From assembly GCA_021162685.1 (NCBI GenBank), contig JAGGYF010000021.1:1-64000 (forward strand): DNA of 64,000 bases. The letters run 5' to 3'. This document shows, one piece after another, positions 38,353-49,559 of the stretch (its first letter is position 1; each line of letters begins with the position of its first letter). The stretch is from Candidatus Iainarchaeum sp. (GTDB lineage: Archaea > B1Sed10-29 > WALL01). Under the pieces are notes generated by a model. That model was not told the origin of the DNA. It made no database searches and saw nothing but the letters and a program-made list of their open reading frames with translations. Both the position numbers and the translations under genes were made by a program.

Positions 38353-39648
38353 ATGAAACGCACACATTATTCAAGGCAGATAACAAAAGGGATGGATGGA
38401 CAACGCGTTAAGGTTGCTGGTTGGGTATCAAATCTTAGGAAGTTGGGAAGCATCGCGTTTATCAAATTAAGAGACAGGGAAGGATTTATCCAGATAACGC
38501 TTGTTAAAAACAAAATGCCAGAATTATTCAATATTATTGATGAATTGACTATTGAGAGTGTAATCAGTGTGGATGGGATAGTAAAGGCAAATGAGCAAGC
38601 ACCAAATGGAGTAGAGGTCCTCCCAGAAAACATTGAGATATTATCAAAAGCAGAAACTCCTCTTCCAATGGACATATCTGGAAAGATAGAGAGTGAACTT
38701 GAGACGAGGTTGAATGCCAGATTTATGGATCTGAGGCAGCCAAAGGTTGAAGCTGTGTTTATGATAAGAGATGGTGTACTTACTGCGATTAGAGAGTACT
38801 TGGAAGACCAAGGGTTTATTGAGATACACACACCAAAAATCGTAGCAGCTGGTGCAGAAGGTGGTGCAACACTCTTCCCAGTGAAATATTTTGAAAAGGA
38901 TGCCTACTTAAATCAGAGTCCTCAGCTTTTCAAGCAAATCATGATGTCAACTGGGCTGGATAGGGTATATGAGATTGCGCCTGCGTTTAGAGCAGAACCA
39001 TCTGCAACCACTCGCCATTTAAGTGAATTCACAAGTTTTGATTTTGAAATGGCGTTTATAGATTCGCAGGAAGATGTTATGAAAACGCTTGAAAATTGTA
39101 TTGTGCATGTATTCAATCATGTGAAGAAACATGAACAAGATTTTTTGGATGTGCTAGGTATTGAATTGGAAGTACCAAAAACTCCATTTAAGAGGATAAC
39201 ATTTGAAGAAGCAAAGGGATTGTTGAAAACAAAGGGGAAAATAGTTGTAGACGATCTTGATACAGAAGCGGAAAGGTTGCTTGGAACTGTTATGGAAGAA
39301 CCTTTCTACTTTATAACAGGATTCCCATCAGACACTAAACCGTTCTACATAATGGAGGATGAAGATAATCCAACATTGAGCTATTCTTTTGACCTTGATT
39401 ACAAAGGAGTTGAAATGGCATCTGGTGGGCAGAGAGAACATAGGTATGGAAAGCTTATTGAGAGGATGAAGCGATTTGGGTTAAACCCTGCAGATTTCTC
39501 CTTTTACCTCAATGCGTTCAAATATGGTATGCCGCCACATGGGGGGATGGGCTTAGGGATTGAGCGGCTTGTGCAGAAGATGTTAAACTTAGGAAATGTG
39601 AGGGAAACTGTGCTATTCCCAAGGGATAAAACGCGGTTGGTTCCATGA
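38353..39648 (+). CDS. aspS: aspartate--tRNA ligase (archaeal type)
   Basis: [33 protein letters not shown] motifs. Confidence 0.96.
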   Translation: MKRTHYSRQITKGMDGQRVKVAGWVSNLRKLGSIAFIKLRDREGFIQITLVKNKMPELFNIIDELTIESVISVDGIVKANEQAPNGVEVLPENIEILSKAETPLPMDISGKIESELETRLNARFMDLRQPKVEAVFMIRDGVLTAIREYLEDQGFIEIHTPKIVAAGAEGGATLFPVKYFEKDAYLNQSPQLFKQIMMSTGLDRVYEIAPAFRAEPSATTRHLSEFTSFDFEMAFIDSQEDVMKTLENCIVHVFNHVKKHEQDFLDVLGIELEVPKTPFKRITFEEAKGLLKTKGKIVVDDLDTEAERLLGTVMEEPFYFITGFPSDTKPFYIMEDEDNPTLSYSFDLDYKGVEMASGGQREHRYGKLIERMKRFGLNPADFSFYLNAFKYGMPPHGGMGLGIERLVQKMLNLGNVRETVLFPRDKTRLVP

Positions 39649-39929
39649 GCGATGAACTTGTTGAAAAAGTTTACAAAGCACTCATGAGAGCAAGAGAAGA
39701 GATGGCTGGGGATGTCTTCTCTATTTCTAAACCTGTGCCAGAGTGGAGAGAAGTTGAAGAAGAGTGGCTTCCAGAACATATTGCTGAAAGAATTATGAGG
39801 GAATACAATTTACATACGGGCTTATCAGAGGATGCGCGCACAGTTATAAAAAACATGTTGAGAAGAGCTAAAACAAAGAAGAGGGTTGAGGAGATCATTA
39901 GATATGTGAAAGATGTTAGGAAAATTTGA
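39645..39929 (+). CDS. small hypothetical protein
   Basis: ATGA-coupled to aspS. Confidence 0.6.
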   Translation: MSDELVEKVYKALMRAREEMAGDVFSISKPVPEWREVEEEWLPEHIAERIMREYNLHTGLSEDARTVIKNMLRRAKTKKRVEEIIRYVKDVRKI

Positions 39930-40398
39930 TGTGAGAATCCAAAACCAAATGTGAAAAGTAGCTCAGAAATGCAAGAATAGAGAACTCCACTCCTAACCAT
40001 ATGCCTTTCCAAAAATAGATCCAGAGGAAGATTAGGATTGCATAGACAGCACATGCTTTTATCGTGTGTGTTGCACCCCTATGTCTTGGCCTTATCAGAA
40101 TGAATAAGGAAAAGATGGTGATTGTCACAAGGAACACATGTGCTAAGCTTTCAAATGGATTTGAAAAACTAAATCTAGAAGAAAATGCAAATGAAAACGC
40201 ACTCAGAAAAACGATCAGTTCTAACCATTTTCCTATCTTTGACTTTGGTGTGTCTGTATCTGGCGCTAAACTGCCTAAGAATGAAACGAAGAATGAAACT
40301 AACACCAAATTGATGTCCCAATGTCTGAAATAGAGAAATAAAACAAAAATGGCCCAGATGCCAATACCAATAAGCGAGTGTGTCTTGAAATCAGCCAT
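39916..40398 (-). CDS. YdjM-like membrane metal-dependent hydrolase
   Basis: THS, LAPDTD, HRGATH and SHLVLD motifs. Confidence 0.85.
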   Translation of the reverse strand: MADFKTHSLIGIGIWAIFVLFLYFRHWDINLVLVSFFVSFLGSLAPDTDTPKSKIGKWLELIVFLSAFSFAFSSRFSFSNPFESLAHVFLVTITIFSLFILIRPRHRGATHTIKACAVYAILIFLWIYFWKGIWLGVEFSILAFLSYFSHLVLDSHIKFS

Positions 40399-40918
40399 AT
40401 AACCCCTCATTTATTCTTGGTAATAAAGCCATAAGTACTGCATAATAGGTGTAATCGTCCCTTTTCATAATGCCTTTTGTTAGTTCTCCTATGATGCCAT
40501 ATTCCCTCAGCTCAATATCTTTTCTTTTGAACACACCAATTGCTGCTTCTGTTGCTTCTTTGCCTTCTAAGATGCCTTCAATGACCTTTGGTGGAAATTC
40601 AAAATCAGGAGAACTCCCTATTGTTATCCTTCCGTCCTTGTCAGCTATTGCACACCATGTTGTGTTTAGGTAACCAGTAATTGTTTGGGGAACCTTCTTT
40701 AGTCCTGCTTCTATACCAACTCCGATGTCACCGTACTTCAATGCGCCTGTTGCTCTGTTTATTGCACCCTGTATTGTTTCCTCATCTGTCATTGGTTGTT
40801 TTGATATTTTTGAATCAACGTCTACACCAAAGATATCTATGTCATTGTAGTACAACGAGAATGCTTTTTTAACAGCATTGATTTTTGCTTTTCTTTTGCT
40901 CCCAACTGCTATCTTCAT
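40391..40918 (-). CDS. inosine/xanthosine triphosphatase (YjjX/DUF84)
   Basis: IAVGS..KINAV, QP..ETIQGAINRA, VGIEAG motifs. Confidence 0.88.
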   Translation of the reverse strand: MKIAVGSKRKAKINAVKKAFSLYYNDIDIFGVDVDSKISKQPMTDEETIQGAINRATGALKYGDIGVGIEAGLKKVPQTITGYLNTTWCAIADKDGRITIGSSPDFEFPPKVIEGILEGKEATEAAIGVFKRKDIELREYGIIGELTKGIMKRDDYTYYAVLMALLPRINEGLYG

Positions 40919-40920
40919 AA

Positions 40921-41475
40921 CTATTCCTCCATTATAAAAACTGCTGCTGCAAGAACTGTTGTCCATAGTCCTGCTTTATGCCCCCTTGCTGTTTGAGCTA
41001 TGCTCCTTGTTTTCACTATCTTCCCAGCCATAAGGTATGCCTTTTTTCTTTCATCCCATGCCCTATCTGGATCCATGTCTATGCCCAATGTAGATGCCAA
41101 CATGGATGCTGCTAAATCCTCTGCATAATCTGCTGCCTTTCTTTCTGTTTCCCCGAATGAATGATGCTCACTTAGGTATCCATACATTGTCTTATCTGCA
41201 GGGATCGCACATCCAACTGCTGCTGATATCATCCTGTTTGGCTCATTTGTTTGATTATGGGCCATAACTGTGAATGCTATTTGACCAGGTTTCAGTTTTT
41301 TTATGCCTTTTTCCTTGGTGATTATTTTACAACCAGGAGGCAGGATGCTGGAAACAGAAACTAAGTTACAATGTTGTATACCTGCATTTCTCAGAGCTAG
41401 TTCAAATGATTGGAGTTTGTGCTTGTGAATGCCAACACCTTTTGTAAAAAACACTTGCTTTGGAATAAAATTCAT
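40921..41475 (-). CDS. pdaD: pyruvoyl-dependent arginine decarboxylase
   Basis: SFELALRNAGI..NLVSVSSILP cleavage site; GYLSEHH. Confidence 0.92.
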   Translation of the reverse strand: MNFIPKQVFFTKGVGIHKHKLQSFELALRNAGIQHCNLVSVSSILPPGCKIITKEKGIKKLKPGQIAFTVMAHNQTNEPNRMISAAVGCAIPADKTMYGYLSEHHSFGETERKAADYAEDLAASMLASTLGIDMDPDRAWDERKKAYLMAGKIVKTRSIAQTARGHKAGLWTTVLAAAVFIMEE

Positions 41476-41532
41476 GGTTGTCACCTGAGAGGAATAACTA
41501 TAATTACACAAAAGCGTATAAAAAATATGGTG

Positions 41533-42933
41533 TTATGTTCTGATTAGGTCTTTATCCATTTCTTTTGGTCTGTCTAGGTCTAGAATGCGGAGGATTGTTG
41601 GCGCGATATTGTACAAAAATCCTCTCTTCCTTATGCGCTTTACTTTTTCTGAAACAACTATGCACGGAACAGGGTTCAATGTATGAGCTGTACAGGGAGA
41701 CCCATTCGGAAGGAACATCTGTTCTGCATTTCCATGGTCTGCGACAATAATATAGTCATCAAATAATGGTGTTATCTTGCCTAAACATTTATCAACTGCT
41801 TCTACGGCTTTTACAGTTGATTTGTAGTTTCCTGTATGGCCAACCATGTCTCCATTTGCATAGTTTAAAACAACTAGATCGTATTTGCCTGCAATCCTTT
41901 CTAGCTTATCAGTAATTTTGTATGCACTCATTTCTGGTTTTAGATCATATGTTGGAACCTTTGGAGAAGGGATAAGTGCCCTGTCTTCCCCCTTAAATGG
42001 TTTTTCTCGCTCGCCTGAGAAGAAATAGGTTACATGTGCATACTTCTCTGTTTCAGCAATTCTCAACTGTTTCATTTTATAGTCGCTTATGACCTCACCT
42101 AAAGTATGTTTTACATAATGGGGTTTAAATGCAATCTTTTCATTCAATGTTTTGTCATACTCTGACATAGAAACAAAGTACACGTTCATCTTTTTCAGAA
42201 ATAATCTTGTCAACTGTCTTGCTCTATCCCCCCTGAAATTGAAAAATACAACTGCATCCCCATCTCGTATAATCCCGTTGGGGTTTACCACAGTTGGCTT
42301 AACAAACTCGTCTGTTTCTCCACGCGCATATGCATTAAGCACTGCTTCTTTTGCTGTTTTTGCTTTGAATCCAACGCCTTGTGTCAAACACTTAAATGCC
42401 TTCTCTGTTCTGCTCCATCTTTTATCTCTGTCCATTGCATAGTATCTCCCACAAACGGTTGCTACGTTTTTGAATTGCTTTATATATTTCAATGCGCTTT
42501 TAGGAGGGGTGTCTCTTCCATCTAAAAATGCGTGGATGTAAGCATCTGGCCTCATCTTTAATAGTGCTTTCAGGTGCCGTATGTGAGAATGCACGCCTTG
42601 GTCAGAGAGCAAACCGATGAAATGCACTCGTTTATGTTTGCATGCGTTGACCAAAAACCTGTTTTTAAAAAAAGAACCGTCTTTTATGGCGTTGTCTATC
42701 TCAACCATTTTTTGCGGGATTAACCTACCAGCACCTAAATGAAGATGCCCAACTTCAGAACCGCCCATAAATCCTTTCGGAAGACCAACAGCCTTTCCGT
42801 GTGCTTTTAGCAATGCATGTGGCCCTTTTTTCCACAATCTATCAAAGTTTGGAGTCTTCGCATTCCTTATGGCATTGCCTTTTATCTTCCTGGAATACCC
42901 CCATCCATCCAGAATAATCAAACCAAATGTCAT
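41533..42933 (-). CDS. gpmI: 2,3-BPG-independent phosphoglycerate mutase, bacterial GpmI type
   Basis: IILDGWG, SEVGH, DGRD, GRYYAMDRD, ETEKYAHVT, DMVGH, ADHGNAE motifs. Confidence 0.95.
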   Translation of the reverse strand: MTFGLIILDGWGYSRKIKGNAIRNAKTPNFDRLWKKGPHALLKAHGKAVGLPKGFMGGSEVGHLHLGAGRLIPQKMVEIDNAIKDGSFFKNRFLVNACKHKRVHFIGLLSDQGVHSHIRHLKALLKMRPDAYIHAFLDGRDTPPKSALKYIKQFKNVATVCGRYYAMDRDKRWSRTEKAFKCLTQGVGFKAKTAKEAVLNAYARGETDEFVKPTVVNPNGIIRDGDAVVFFNFRGDRARQLTRLFLKKMNVYFVSMSEYDKTLNEKIAFKPHYVKHTLGEVISDYKMKQLRIAETEKYAHVTYFFSGEREKPFKGEDRALIPSPKVPTYDLKPEMSAYKITDKLERIAGKYDLVVLNYANGDMVGHTGNYKSTVKAVEAVDKCLGKITPLFDDYIIVADHGNAEQMFLPNGSPCTAHTLNPVPCIVVSEKVKRIRKRGFLYNIAPTILRILDLDRPKEMDKDLIRT

Positions 42934-42934
42934 C

Positions 42935-44203
42935 CTAACCCTTTCCAGCGTATGGTGCTTGTGTGTGCTCCTCAATCCTTAATAATTGGTTATACTTTGC
43001 TAGTCTCTCTCCTCTACATGGTGCGCCTGCTTTTATTTGCTTTGCTCCAATAGCAACAGCAAAATCAGATATAAAAGAATCGCATGTCTCTCCTGACCTG
43101 TGTGAAACCATAATATTCCAACCAGCGCGGTCAGCCATCCTGGCAGCGCTCATTGCCTCTGATACTGTTCCTACCTGATTTAATTTTAATAGCAATGCAT
43201 TTGCTGCTCTTTTTCTTATACCCAAAACAATACGCTCTGCATTTGTCACAAAAATGTCATCGCCAGTAATCTGGACATTTTCCCCTATTGCTTCAACCAG
43301 TGCTGCGAAACTATCAAAATCCTGTTCATGGAATGGGTCCTCTATGTTTATGATAGGATATTTCTCAACAAGTTTTATGTAGTATTTCAATAGCTGCTCT
43401 GAACTCATCTTCTTTGTGCCCATATTGTACTTTTTTGATTTGTACAGAGAGCTTGCAGCAACATCCATAGCAAATGCAACCTTTTTCTTGTGTCCTGCTT
43501 TTTTTACAGCTGCTTCAAGAAGTTTCAGTGCCTCCTCTGCTGTTTTGATAGGAGCAACAAATCCGCCCTCATCCCCAACACCTATTGCTGCATTTTTAAA
43601 TTTGCTCTGGAGGATTGATTTAAGTGCATGATATGTTTCAGTGCTTATGCGCATTGCTTCTGAAAATGACTCAGCACCTATTGGCGCAATCATAAATTCC
43701 TGGATAGGAAGTTTATTCATCGCATGCTTTCCGCCATTTATTACATTAAAAAATGGGATGGGCATCTTGAATTCTATACCCGCATGCTCATATATTGGCG
43801 AGAGGTGTTCGTAAAGCCAGCACTCCTTTGAGCTTGCTGCTGCTTTTGCACATGCCATAGATACTGCAAGTATTGTATTAGCGCCTAGATGCGACTTGTT
43901 TTTTGTGCCATCTAATTCAATGAGTAGATGATCAATTCCCTCCTGGTCTCTGCAATCCCTACCCAACAGTTCCTTTTCAATCATCTTTATGTTCTCAACT
44001 GCTTTTAAAACACCTAAGCCATTATATGCCTTCCCGCCATCTCTCAGCTCTACTGCTTCTAATTTGCCTTTTGAGACACCAGAAGGCACACTTGCTCTTC
44101 CAAAGCCCTTTCCGCTCTGTACATCCACTTCTATGGTGGGGTTGCCCCTAGAATCAAAAATCTGCCTTGCTCTAACCGCAGTAATCTCATACTTTCCTAT
44201 CAT
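42935..44203 (-). CDS. eno: enolase
   Basis: DSRGNPT, GDEGG, SHRSGET, ERLAKYNQLLRIEE motifs. Confidence 0.97.
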   Translation of the reverse strand: MIGKYEITAVRARQIFDSRGNPTIEVDVQSGKGFGRASVPSGVSKGKLEAVELRDGGKAYNGLGVLKAVENIKMIEKELLGRDCRDQEGIDHLLIELDGTKNKSHLGANTILAVSMACAKAAASSKECWLYEHLSPIYEHAGIEFKMPIPFFNVINGGKHAMNKLPIQEFMIAPIGAESFSEAMRISTETYHALKSILQSKFKNAAIGVGDEGGFVAPIKTAEEALKLLEAAVKKAGHKKKVAFAMDVAASSLYKSKKYNMGTKKMSSEQLLKYYIKLVEKYPIINIEDPFHEQDFDSFAALVEAIGENVQITGDDIFVTNAERIVLGIRKRAANALLLKLNQVGTVSEAMSAARMADRAGWNIMVSHRSGETCDSFISDFAVAIGAKQIKAGAPCRGERLAKYNQLLRIEEHTQAPYAGKG

Positions 44204-44265
44204 CTACTCACCAAGGAGTAGAAACGAAGAAATAGTTTATAAAGGTTGAGGAGAGTGAGCAGAGC

Positions 44266-45909
44266 TCACATCTCCATTCCGGGCATGCCTCCCATTCCTC
44301 CACCTGGAGGAGAAGGTGTTTCCTTCTTGGCTGAAGCTGCAATGATATCATCAATCCTCAGAATCATCTCTGCAGCTTCTCCTGCACTTGTTATGGCTTG
44401 TTCCTTGATTCTTGCTGGCTCTATTACATGAAGTTTCATCATGTCAGATATCTTTCCTCTGAAGACGTCTACACCAGCATTCTTATCTCCCTTTTCGTGC
44501 CTTGCTCTCAATTCTACAAGTGTATCAATGGAGTCCATACCTGCGCTCTCAGCTAGTGTTCTTGGTATAATCTCCAAGGCTGAGGCGAATGCTGAAATTG
44601 CCAATTGTTCCCTTCCTCCAACTGTCTTCGCATACTTGTTGAGTTCAAGTGCCAGCTCAATCTCGCATGCTCCACCACCTGGAAGTATCTTTCCGTCCTC
44701 AATTGCGCTTGCAACAACACCGATAGCATCGTTTACTGCTCTCTCTGCCTCATCCACAACGTGCTCTGTACCTCCTCTTACAAGGATTGTTACTGCCTTT
44801 GGATCCTTGCAGTTCTCTACAAAGATCATGTCCTCGCCAGCGATCTTCCTTTCCTCAACAACACCTGCATAACCCAAATCCTTTGAGCTGAGGTCTTTTA
44901 TACTTGTTACAATGTTTGCGCCTGTTGCTCTTGCTAACTTCTCCATGTCTGATTTTTTCACTCTTCTGACTGCCAGAATGCCCTCCTTTGCCAAGAAGTG
45001 CTGTGCCATGTCATCTATGCCCTTCTGGCAGAACACCACATTTGCTCCGCTTGCTTTTATCTGGTCTACCATCTTCTTGAGCATCTGCTCTTCCTGGTCT
45101 AGGAATGCTTGTAGTTGGTCTGGGCTTGTTATTCTTATCTCTGCATCTGTCTCTGTTTCCTTTACTTCAAGTGCTGAATCAATCAGTGCGATCTTTGCCC
45201 TCTTTACAATCTTTGGCATGTTTGAGTGCACTCTTTCCTTATCAATTACAATCCCGTTTATGAGCTCTGTATCTGCGAGGTCTCCTCCTTGCTTTTTCTC
45301 AAGTTTTATGTAATCCTTGTCAATGACTATCTCTCCGTTGTATTCCTCTGCAACCTGCTTTACTGCCTTTACAACAATCTTCGCAAGGTCCTCTCTTGCT
45401 TTTTCCGCGCCCTTGCCAGTCATTGCTGTCATTGCGAGTTGCTGCAAAACCTTGTCATCATCAAATGTTACCTTTGTTGATATCTTGTCAAGGATTTGGA
45501 GTGCCTTTGCTGCTGCCATATTATATCCTTTTACAATGACACTTGGATGAATCTTCTTATCAAGTAGTGCATCTGCATTTTTGAGAAGTTCTCCTGCTAG
45601 TACCACTGCTGTTGTTGTTCCGTCGCCTACCTCTTCATCCTGTGTCTTTGCGACCTCTACCATCATCTTTCCTGCTGGATGTTCAACAGACATCTCATCA
45701 AGGATTGTTGCACCATCGTTTGTGATTACTATGTCGCCTAGTTCATCAACAAGCATCTTGTCCATACCTTTTGGACCAAGTGTGCTTCTAACAGCATTTG
45801 CAACTGCCATTGCAACAACCATATTTGTCTTTTGGGCATCTCTGCCCAGGATTCGTTGAGCTCCCTCTGGGAGCACTAATATTGGTTGACCTTGTATCTG
45901 TTGTGTCAT
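44266..45909 (-). CDS. ths: thermosome (group II chaperonin) subunit
   Basis: [19 protein letters not shown] tail. Confidence 0.98.
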   Translation of the reverse strand: MTQQIQGQPILVLPEGAQRILGRDAQKTNMVVAMAVANAVRSTLGPKGMDKMLVDELGDIVITNDGATILDEMSVEHPAGKMMVEVAKTQDEEVGDGTTTAVVLAGELLKNADALLDKKIHPSVIVKGYNMAAAKALQILDKISTKVTFDDDKVLQQLAMTAMTGKGAEKAREDLAKIVVKAVKQVAEEYNGEIVIDKDYIKLEKKQGGDLADTELINGIVIDKERVHSNMPKIVKRAKIALIDSALEVKETETDAEIRITSPDQLQAFLDQEEQMLKKMVDQIKASGANVVFCQKGIDDMAQHFLAKEGILAVRRVKKSDMEKLARATGANIVTSIKDLSSKDLGYAGVVEERKIAGEDMIFVENCKDPKAVTILVRGGTEHVVDEAERAVNDAIGVVASAIEDGKILPGGGACEIELALELNKYAKTVGGREQLAISAFASALEIIPRTLAESAGMDSIDTLVELRARHEKGDKNAGVDVFRGKISDMMKLHVIEPARIKEQAITSAGEAAEMILRIDDIIAASAKKETPSPPGGGMGGMPGMEM

Positions 45910-46047
45910 ATCTATCACTCTCCTTTAAAAATTCTCATTAAAATGAGTGGTTATATTTGATGTATATCTACTTTATAAATGTTGCTAAATGCTGGATATG
46001 GAGTTGACAGATTAGGTATATATAAAAGGTATGCACTAATATAAAAC

Positions 46048-46827
46048 ATGGCAAAAAGATTATTGCAAGTTGTGTGGGGTTGGGCTAGATCTGTAAAAGA
46101 GCTATTTTGGGGTATAGTCTGGGTAGTTTTGCACCCCATACAGTTTATCATAGAGGTGTTTGGACTGGTATATAGCCTCATACTCTCTGCCACGCACATA
46201 CACAAAGCTGGTTCATTTCTAAAAGGCGCACTTTACGAGCCATATAGGGCAATGACTGTCATGGCTGTTGTTGGTGGGGTATTAGCATTTTATTCTCATT
46301 TTCTTCATGCTGACGAGTTCTCTGCCATTGCTGCCATACTCCTATCAGCATCTGGATTCGCATATATAATGTGGCGCTCTGTTGAGTTCTTTCATGGAAA
46401 ACACAAAACAGCAGATGCTATTGATGGGTTTATATTTGTCACAGAACTGCTTCCAGTTGTAAGCAGCATTGCAATAGTTGCAAGGTTCGTGAGGTTTCAA
46501 ACAGTATTGGCAAGAACATCAGCTATGACAGGAAGACTAACAGGAAATGTTGCGAGGAGCGGAAGCATAGTTAGGAGCACTACTGCAGTACGTGCTGCAT
46601 CAAGAAGCAGCAGAGGAGTATTGAAGGCAGCAACTGCGCAGAATAAAATACTGAAAAGTTTTTCAAAGGTGCATAAGGCAACATTACACACACTGGAAAC
46701 CGCTCAACCAGTTATAAGTATTGGTGAATGGGTGAACCACTGGTTAAAGGTCGGGGATAGTATTAGCAGAGAGGTTATTGATACACTTAGGGGAGTTGAA
46801 AGAGAGATCAAGGGTATGAGGAGATAA
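46048..46827 (+). CDS. hypothetical membrane protein
   Basis: Several TM helices followed by an Arg-spaced segment. Confidence 0.65.
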   Translation: MAKRLLQVVWGWARSVKELFWGIVWVVLHPIQFIIEVFGLVYSLILSATHIHKAGSFLKGALYEPYRAMTVMAVVGGVLAFYSHFLHADEFSAIAAILLSASGFAYIMWRSVEFFHGKHKTADAIDGFIFVTELLPVVSSIAIVARFVRFQTVLARTSAMTGRLTGNVARSGSIVRSTTAVRAASRSSRGVLKAATAQNKILKSFSKVHKATLHTLETAQPVISIGEWVNHWLKVGDSISREVIDTLRGVEREIKGMRR

Positions 46828-47195
46828 GCTCTATCGCCTTCTTTAGGTGAGGTGTTGCATCTAATTGTTTTGCGTCCTCAATTGAAAAGAATTTTCCATC
46901 TACTGCTTCATTCAAATCTAATGTTATTTCATCATTAGATTCGCAGAGAAAGAATGCAACCATTTCATTCTCTACATCATCTTCTATGTGGAATGTTCCC
47001 AAAAATATTAATGGCGCTTTTATTCCAACACTCTTCAAACAGTTAACCGCAGTTGTTTCGTATGTCTCTTCAGCTAGCACATGGGAAGCGACACTTGTAC
47101 TCCACTTCCCAGGATATCTCTTTTTTCTCAAACTTCTCCTCCTGCAGAAGATTTCCAATCCTTTCATCATTTTTGTTTACGATGTCAACTATCAT
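46808..47195 (-). pseudogene. IDI type-1/NUDIX-like gene with internal deletion and frameshift
   Basis: MIVDIVNKNDERIG (ATG 47195) is out of frame with RRS..K.YPGKW..SVASHV; the intervening His-containing segment is missing. Confidence 0.65.
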
Positions 47196-48034
47196 AGAAT
47201 CACCAATGCGCTTGCTCCTAAAATCATGAGGATTGCCCCTATTATCCTGTTTATAATCTGTTTTCTCTCTTTAAGCCAGACAAAACCAACTACAACTGTC
47301 ACAAGAACCAGAAGTCTTGAAACAGGATACACGACACTTGCGTCCATTATTTTATATGCATTCAAAAGGAAGATGTAGGAGGATGCTGCGCACACGGATG
47401 CAATCATCACAAAGATTCCTTTATCCCAGAATAGCTTTTTTATGTGCTTTCTATTTGCCATGGGCAAAAGAAGCATTGCAGGTATCAAAAATGACAAAAA
47501 TCCGTAAAAGATAGGGTCAAAAAAGTTCATGTTATACTTATCAATAATTGTTATGAATCCTACTACAATGGCACCAGCAATCGCAATGTTAACTCCTGGA
47601 TGTCTTAGGTGTTTAAATGCGCCTTTCTTCCACGTAAGGATTGCAATGCCCAAAACAATCAGAATTACTCCAAGCATTTTGTAAACTGTGAATACCTCCT
47701 TCAACAAAACAATGGCAAAAATAAACGAGAACAGAGACCTTGTGGATTCTATGGGAGTATGTAATGATATATCTACTGTTTTCATGGAAACAAAGTGTAA
47801 TACAGTACTGCAAAACCATAAGACGTGCGCTGATATAAGCAACAACCACGGCATTAGATCAGTTGGTAAACTGAAATGGTACATAAAGAGGAGAGGAACA
47901 TAGAAAATTGCTCCAAAAAGAGAGAAAAGAAAACCTAATGCAATCTCATCATGTGCCTTTATGGAATACTTCTGTACTGCAAACCCTAAACCGCCGAAGA
48001 TAATCACATACAGAAGGTATAACATGCCATACAT
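47192..48034 (-). CDS. EamA/DMT family transporter
   Basis: Two 5-TM repeats; LLKE and WLKE motifs. Confidence 0.88.
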   Translation of the reverse strand: MYGMLYLLYVIIFGGLGFAVQKYSIKAHDEIALGFLFSLFGAIFYVPLLFMYHFSLPTDLMPWLLLISAHVLWFCSTVLHFVSMKTVDISLHTPIESTRSLFSFIFAIVLLKEVFTVYKMLGVILIVLGIAILTWKKGAFKHLRHPGVNIAIAGAIVVGFITIIDKYNMNFFDPIFYGFLSFLIPAMLLLPMANRKHIKKLFWDKGIFVMIASVCAASSYIFLLNAYKIMDASVVYPVSRLLVLVTVVVGFVWLKERKQIINRIIGAILMILGASALVIL

Positions 48035-48038
48035 AGTA

Positions 48039-48815
48039 TCACATTAAAACACATTCGCCTTCTATGCATATGTAATCTTTTCCTAGGTAGCTACAACTCT
48101 GATTGGTGGTGCATTCAGCAACACAAACACATGTATTTTCTTTACATTTTGGATTTGGGAACATTCTTGTACAATTCGTATGTTCGCAATCTTCATCCTT
48201 CAAGCATTCTATGAGTCTTTGCTTAATCATATCCCATTTATTATCTAAGTATGCCCACTCCACTCTTCCACGATTAACAGCAACAGTAGCATTATGCGGG
48301 GTAATAACCTGCAACAGAACTTGTCCGCTTCGGTTTCCATAGCCAGCGTGCCTACACTCAAATGTAAAATAGAAAACCCAACAATATGGGCATCTCGCTG
48401 TTTCGTATGAAACAAATGTGAAAGAATCTGGAATGCCATCAAACAGGAACGTTGGACTATTCAGAACAAAATCCTCTGCAATCTGCCTTGACACCTCCAC
48501 TGTTAATTTAGAGCATATATCCTCATCAGCGCAGTACTCCTTTTCTATGATCTCCTTACATGCTTGGCTTGTATATTCTGGACTCACCAATGGGCAGTGT
48601 ATAACTGTACCATCCGCTCTGTAGTAGTCAAAACCTCTGCCAGGTGTTGAATAAACAACCTTATACGCATTATCTAAACATAAATTGACAGCAGAAATAT
48701 TTTGTTCACCACAGAAATCATATGGGCTTGGTTGAGGGATTGGAGAGGGATATTGAGGTTGTTGAACGCATCCTGTCACAAAAATAAGTATGATAACTAG
48801 AAATTTTCTTAGCAT
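48039..48815 (-). CDS. Cys-rich lipoprotein
   Basis: VTGC lipobox; GYGNRSGQVLLQVITPH segment; Cys-rich repeats. Confidence 0.75.
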   Translation of the reverse strand: MLRKFLVIILIFVTGCVQQPQYPSPIPQPSPYDFCGEQNISAVNLCLDNAYKVVYSTPGRGFDYYRADGTVIHCPLVSPEYTSQACKEIIEKEYCADEDICSKLTVEVSRQIAEDFVLNSPTFLFDGIPDSFTFVSYETARCPYCWVFYFTFECRHAGYGNRSGQVLLQVITPHNATVAVNRGRVEWAYLDNKWDMIKQRLIECLKDEDCEHTNCTRMFPNPKCKENTCVCVAECTTNQSCSYLGKDYICIEGECVLM

Positions 48816-48850
48816 GAGGAATTATTGTATGTGATAATATAAAAAGATGA

Positions 48851-49555
48851 CTAATCATGGAGCTTACATATGTGTGGCATCTCTAATTTGTGTTTGGCTC
48901 TTTCCATCATCTCCTGTAGCAAACGAGAGATATTGCCACTCTTTAATTGCTTATCTATTTCCTCGTAAGTCATACCTATCTCTTCCTCATCTGTTTGCCC
49001 TTCCCACAGTCTCGCGGATGGTTTCTTACGAACAATAGAGTGAGGAATACCTAAGAACTCTGCCACCTCAAAAACCTCTGTTTTATAGAGGTCACCAATA
49101 GGCAGGATATCACATGCACCGTCACCGTATTTTGTGAAATAGCCCAACAGAAGTTCTGTTTTATTGCCTGTACCTGCAACTAGGCGATTCATAAGGTTTG
49201 CATAATAGTACAGAATAGTCATGCGTAATCTTGGCCTAAGATTACCCAACACCCTCCTATCTGTTGTTTCGTTTCCACATAGCTTCTCAAGCTCCAAAAC
49301 AAGGTCTGAAATATCAACAACGCGTGCCTCTATGCCAAGCCAGTGGATAAATTCAATAACATGTTTCCTATCCTCCATGGGTGTTTCCCTTGATGGCATA
49401 AACACGCCTAGAACCTTCTCTCTACCGAGTGCTTTAAGGCAAAGTGTTGCTGTGACAGAGGAATCAACACCACCAGAAATACCAACAACCACACCATTTG
49501 GCGCATGTTCTCTGATGAAGGAGATTATCTTATCAACTGCATAACTAGGCTCCAT
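48851..49555 (-). CDS. nadE: NH3-dependent NAD+ synthetase
   Basis: SGGVDS, GYFTKYGDG, PSARLWEGQTDE motifs. Confidence 0.96.
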   Translation of the reverse strand: MEPSYAVDKIISFIREHAPNGVVVGISGGVDSSVTATLCLKALGREKVLGVFMPSRETPMEDRKHVIEFIHWLGIEARVVDISDLVLELEKLCGNETTDRRVLGNLRPRLRMTILYYYANLMNRLVAGTGNKTELLLGYFTKYGDGACDILPIGDLYKTEVFEVAEFLGIPHSIVRKKPSARLWEGQTDEEEIGMTYEEIDKQLKSGNISRLLQEMMERAKHKLEMPHICKLHD

Positions 49556-49559
49556 TATA

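Noticed and set aside
44246-45859. Long antisense ORFs opposite the thermosome, ATPase and ftsZ genes
   Set aside because: Shadow frames of highly conserved genes
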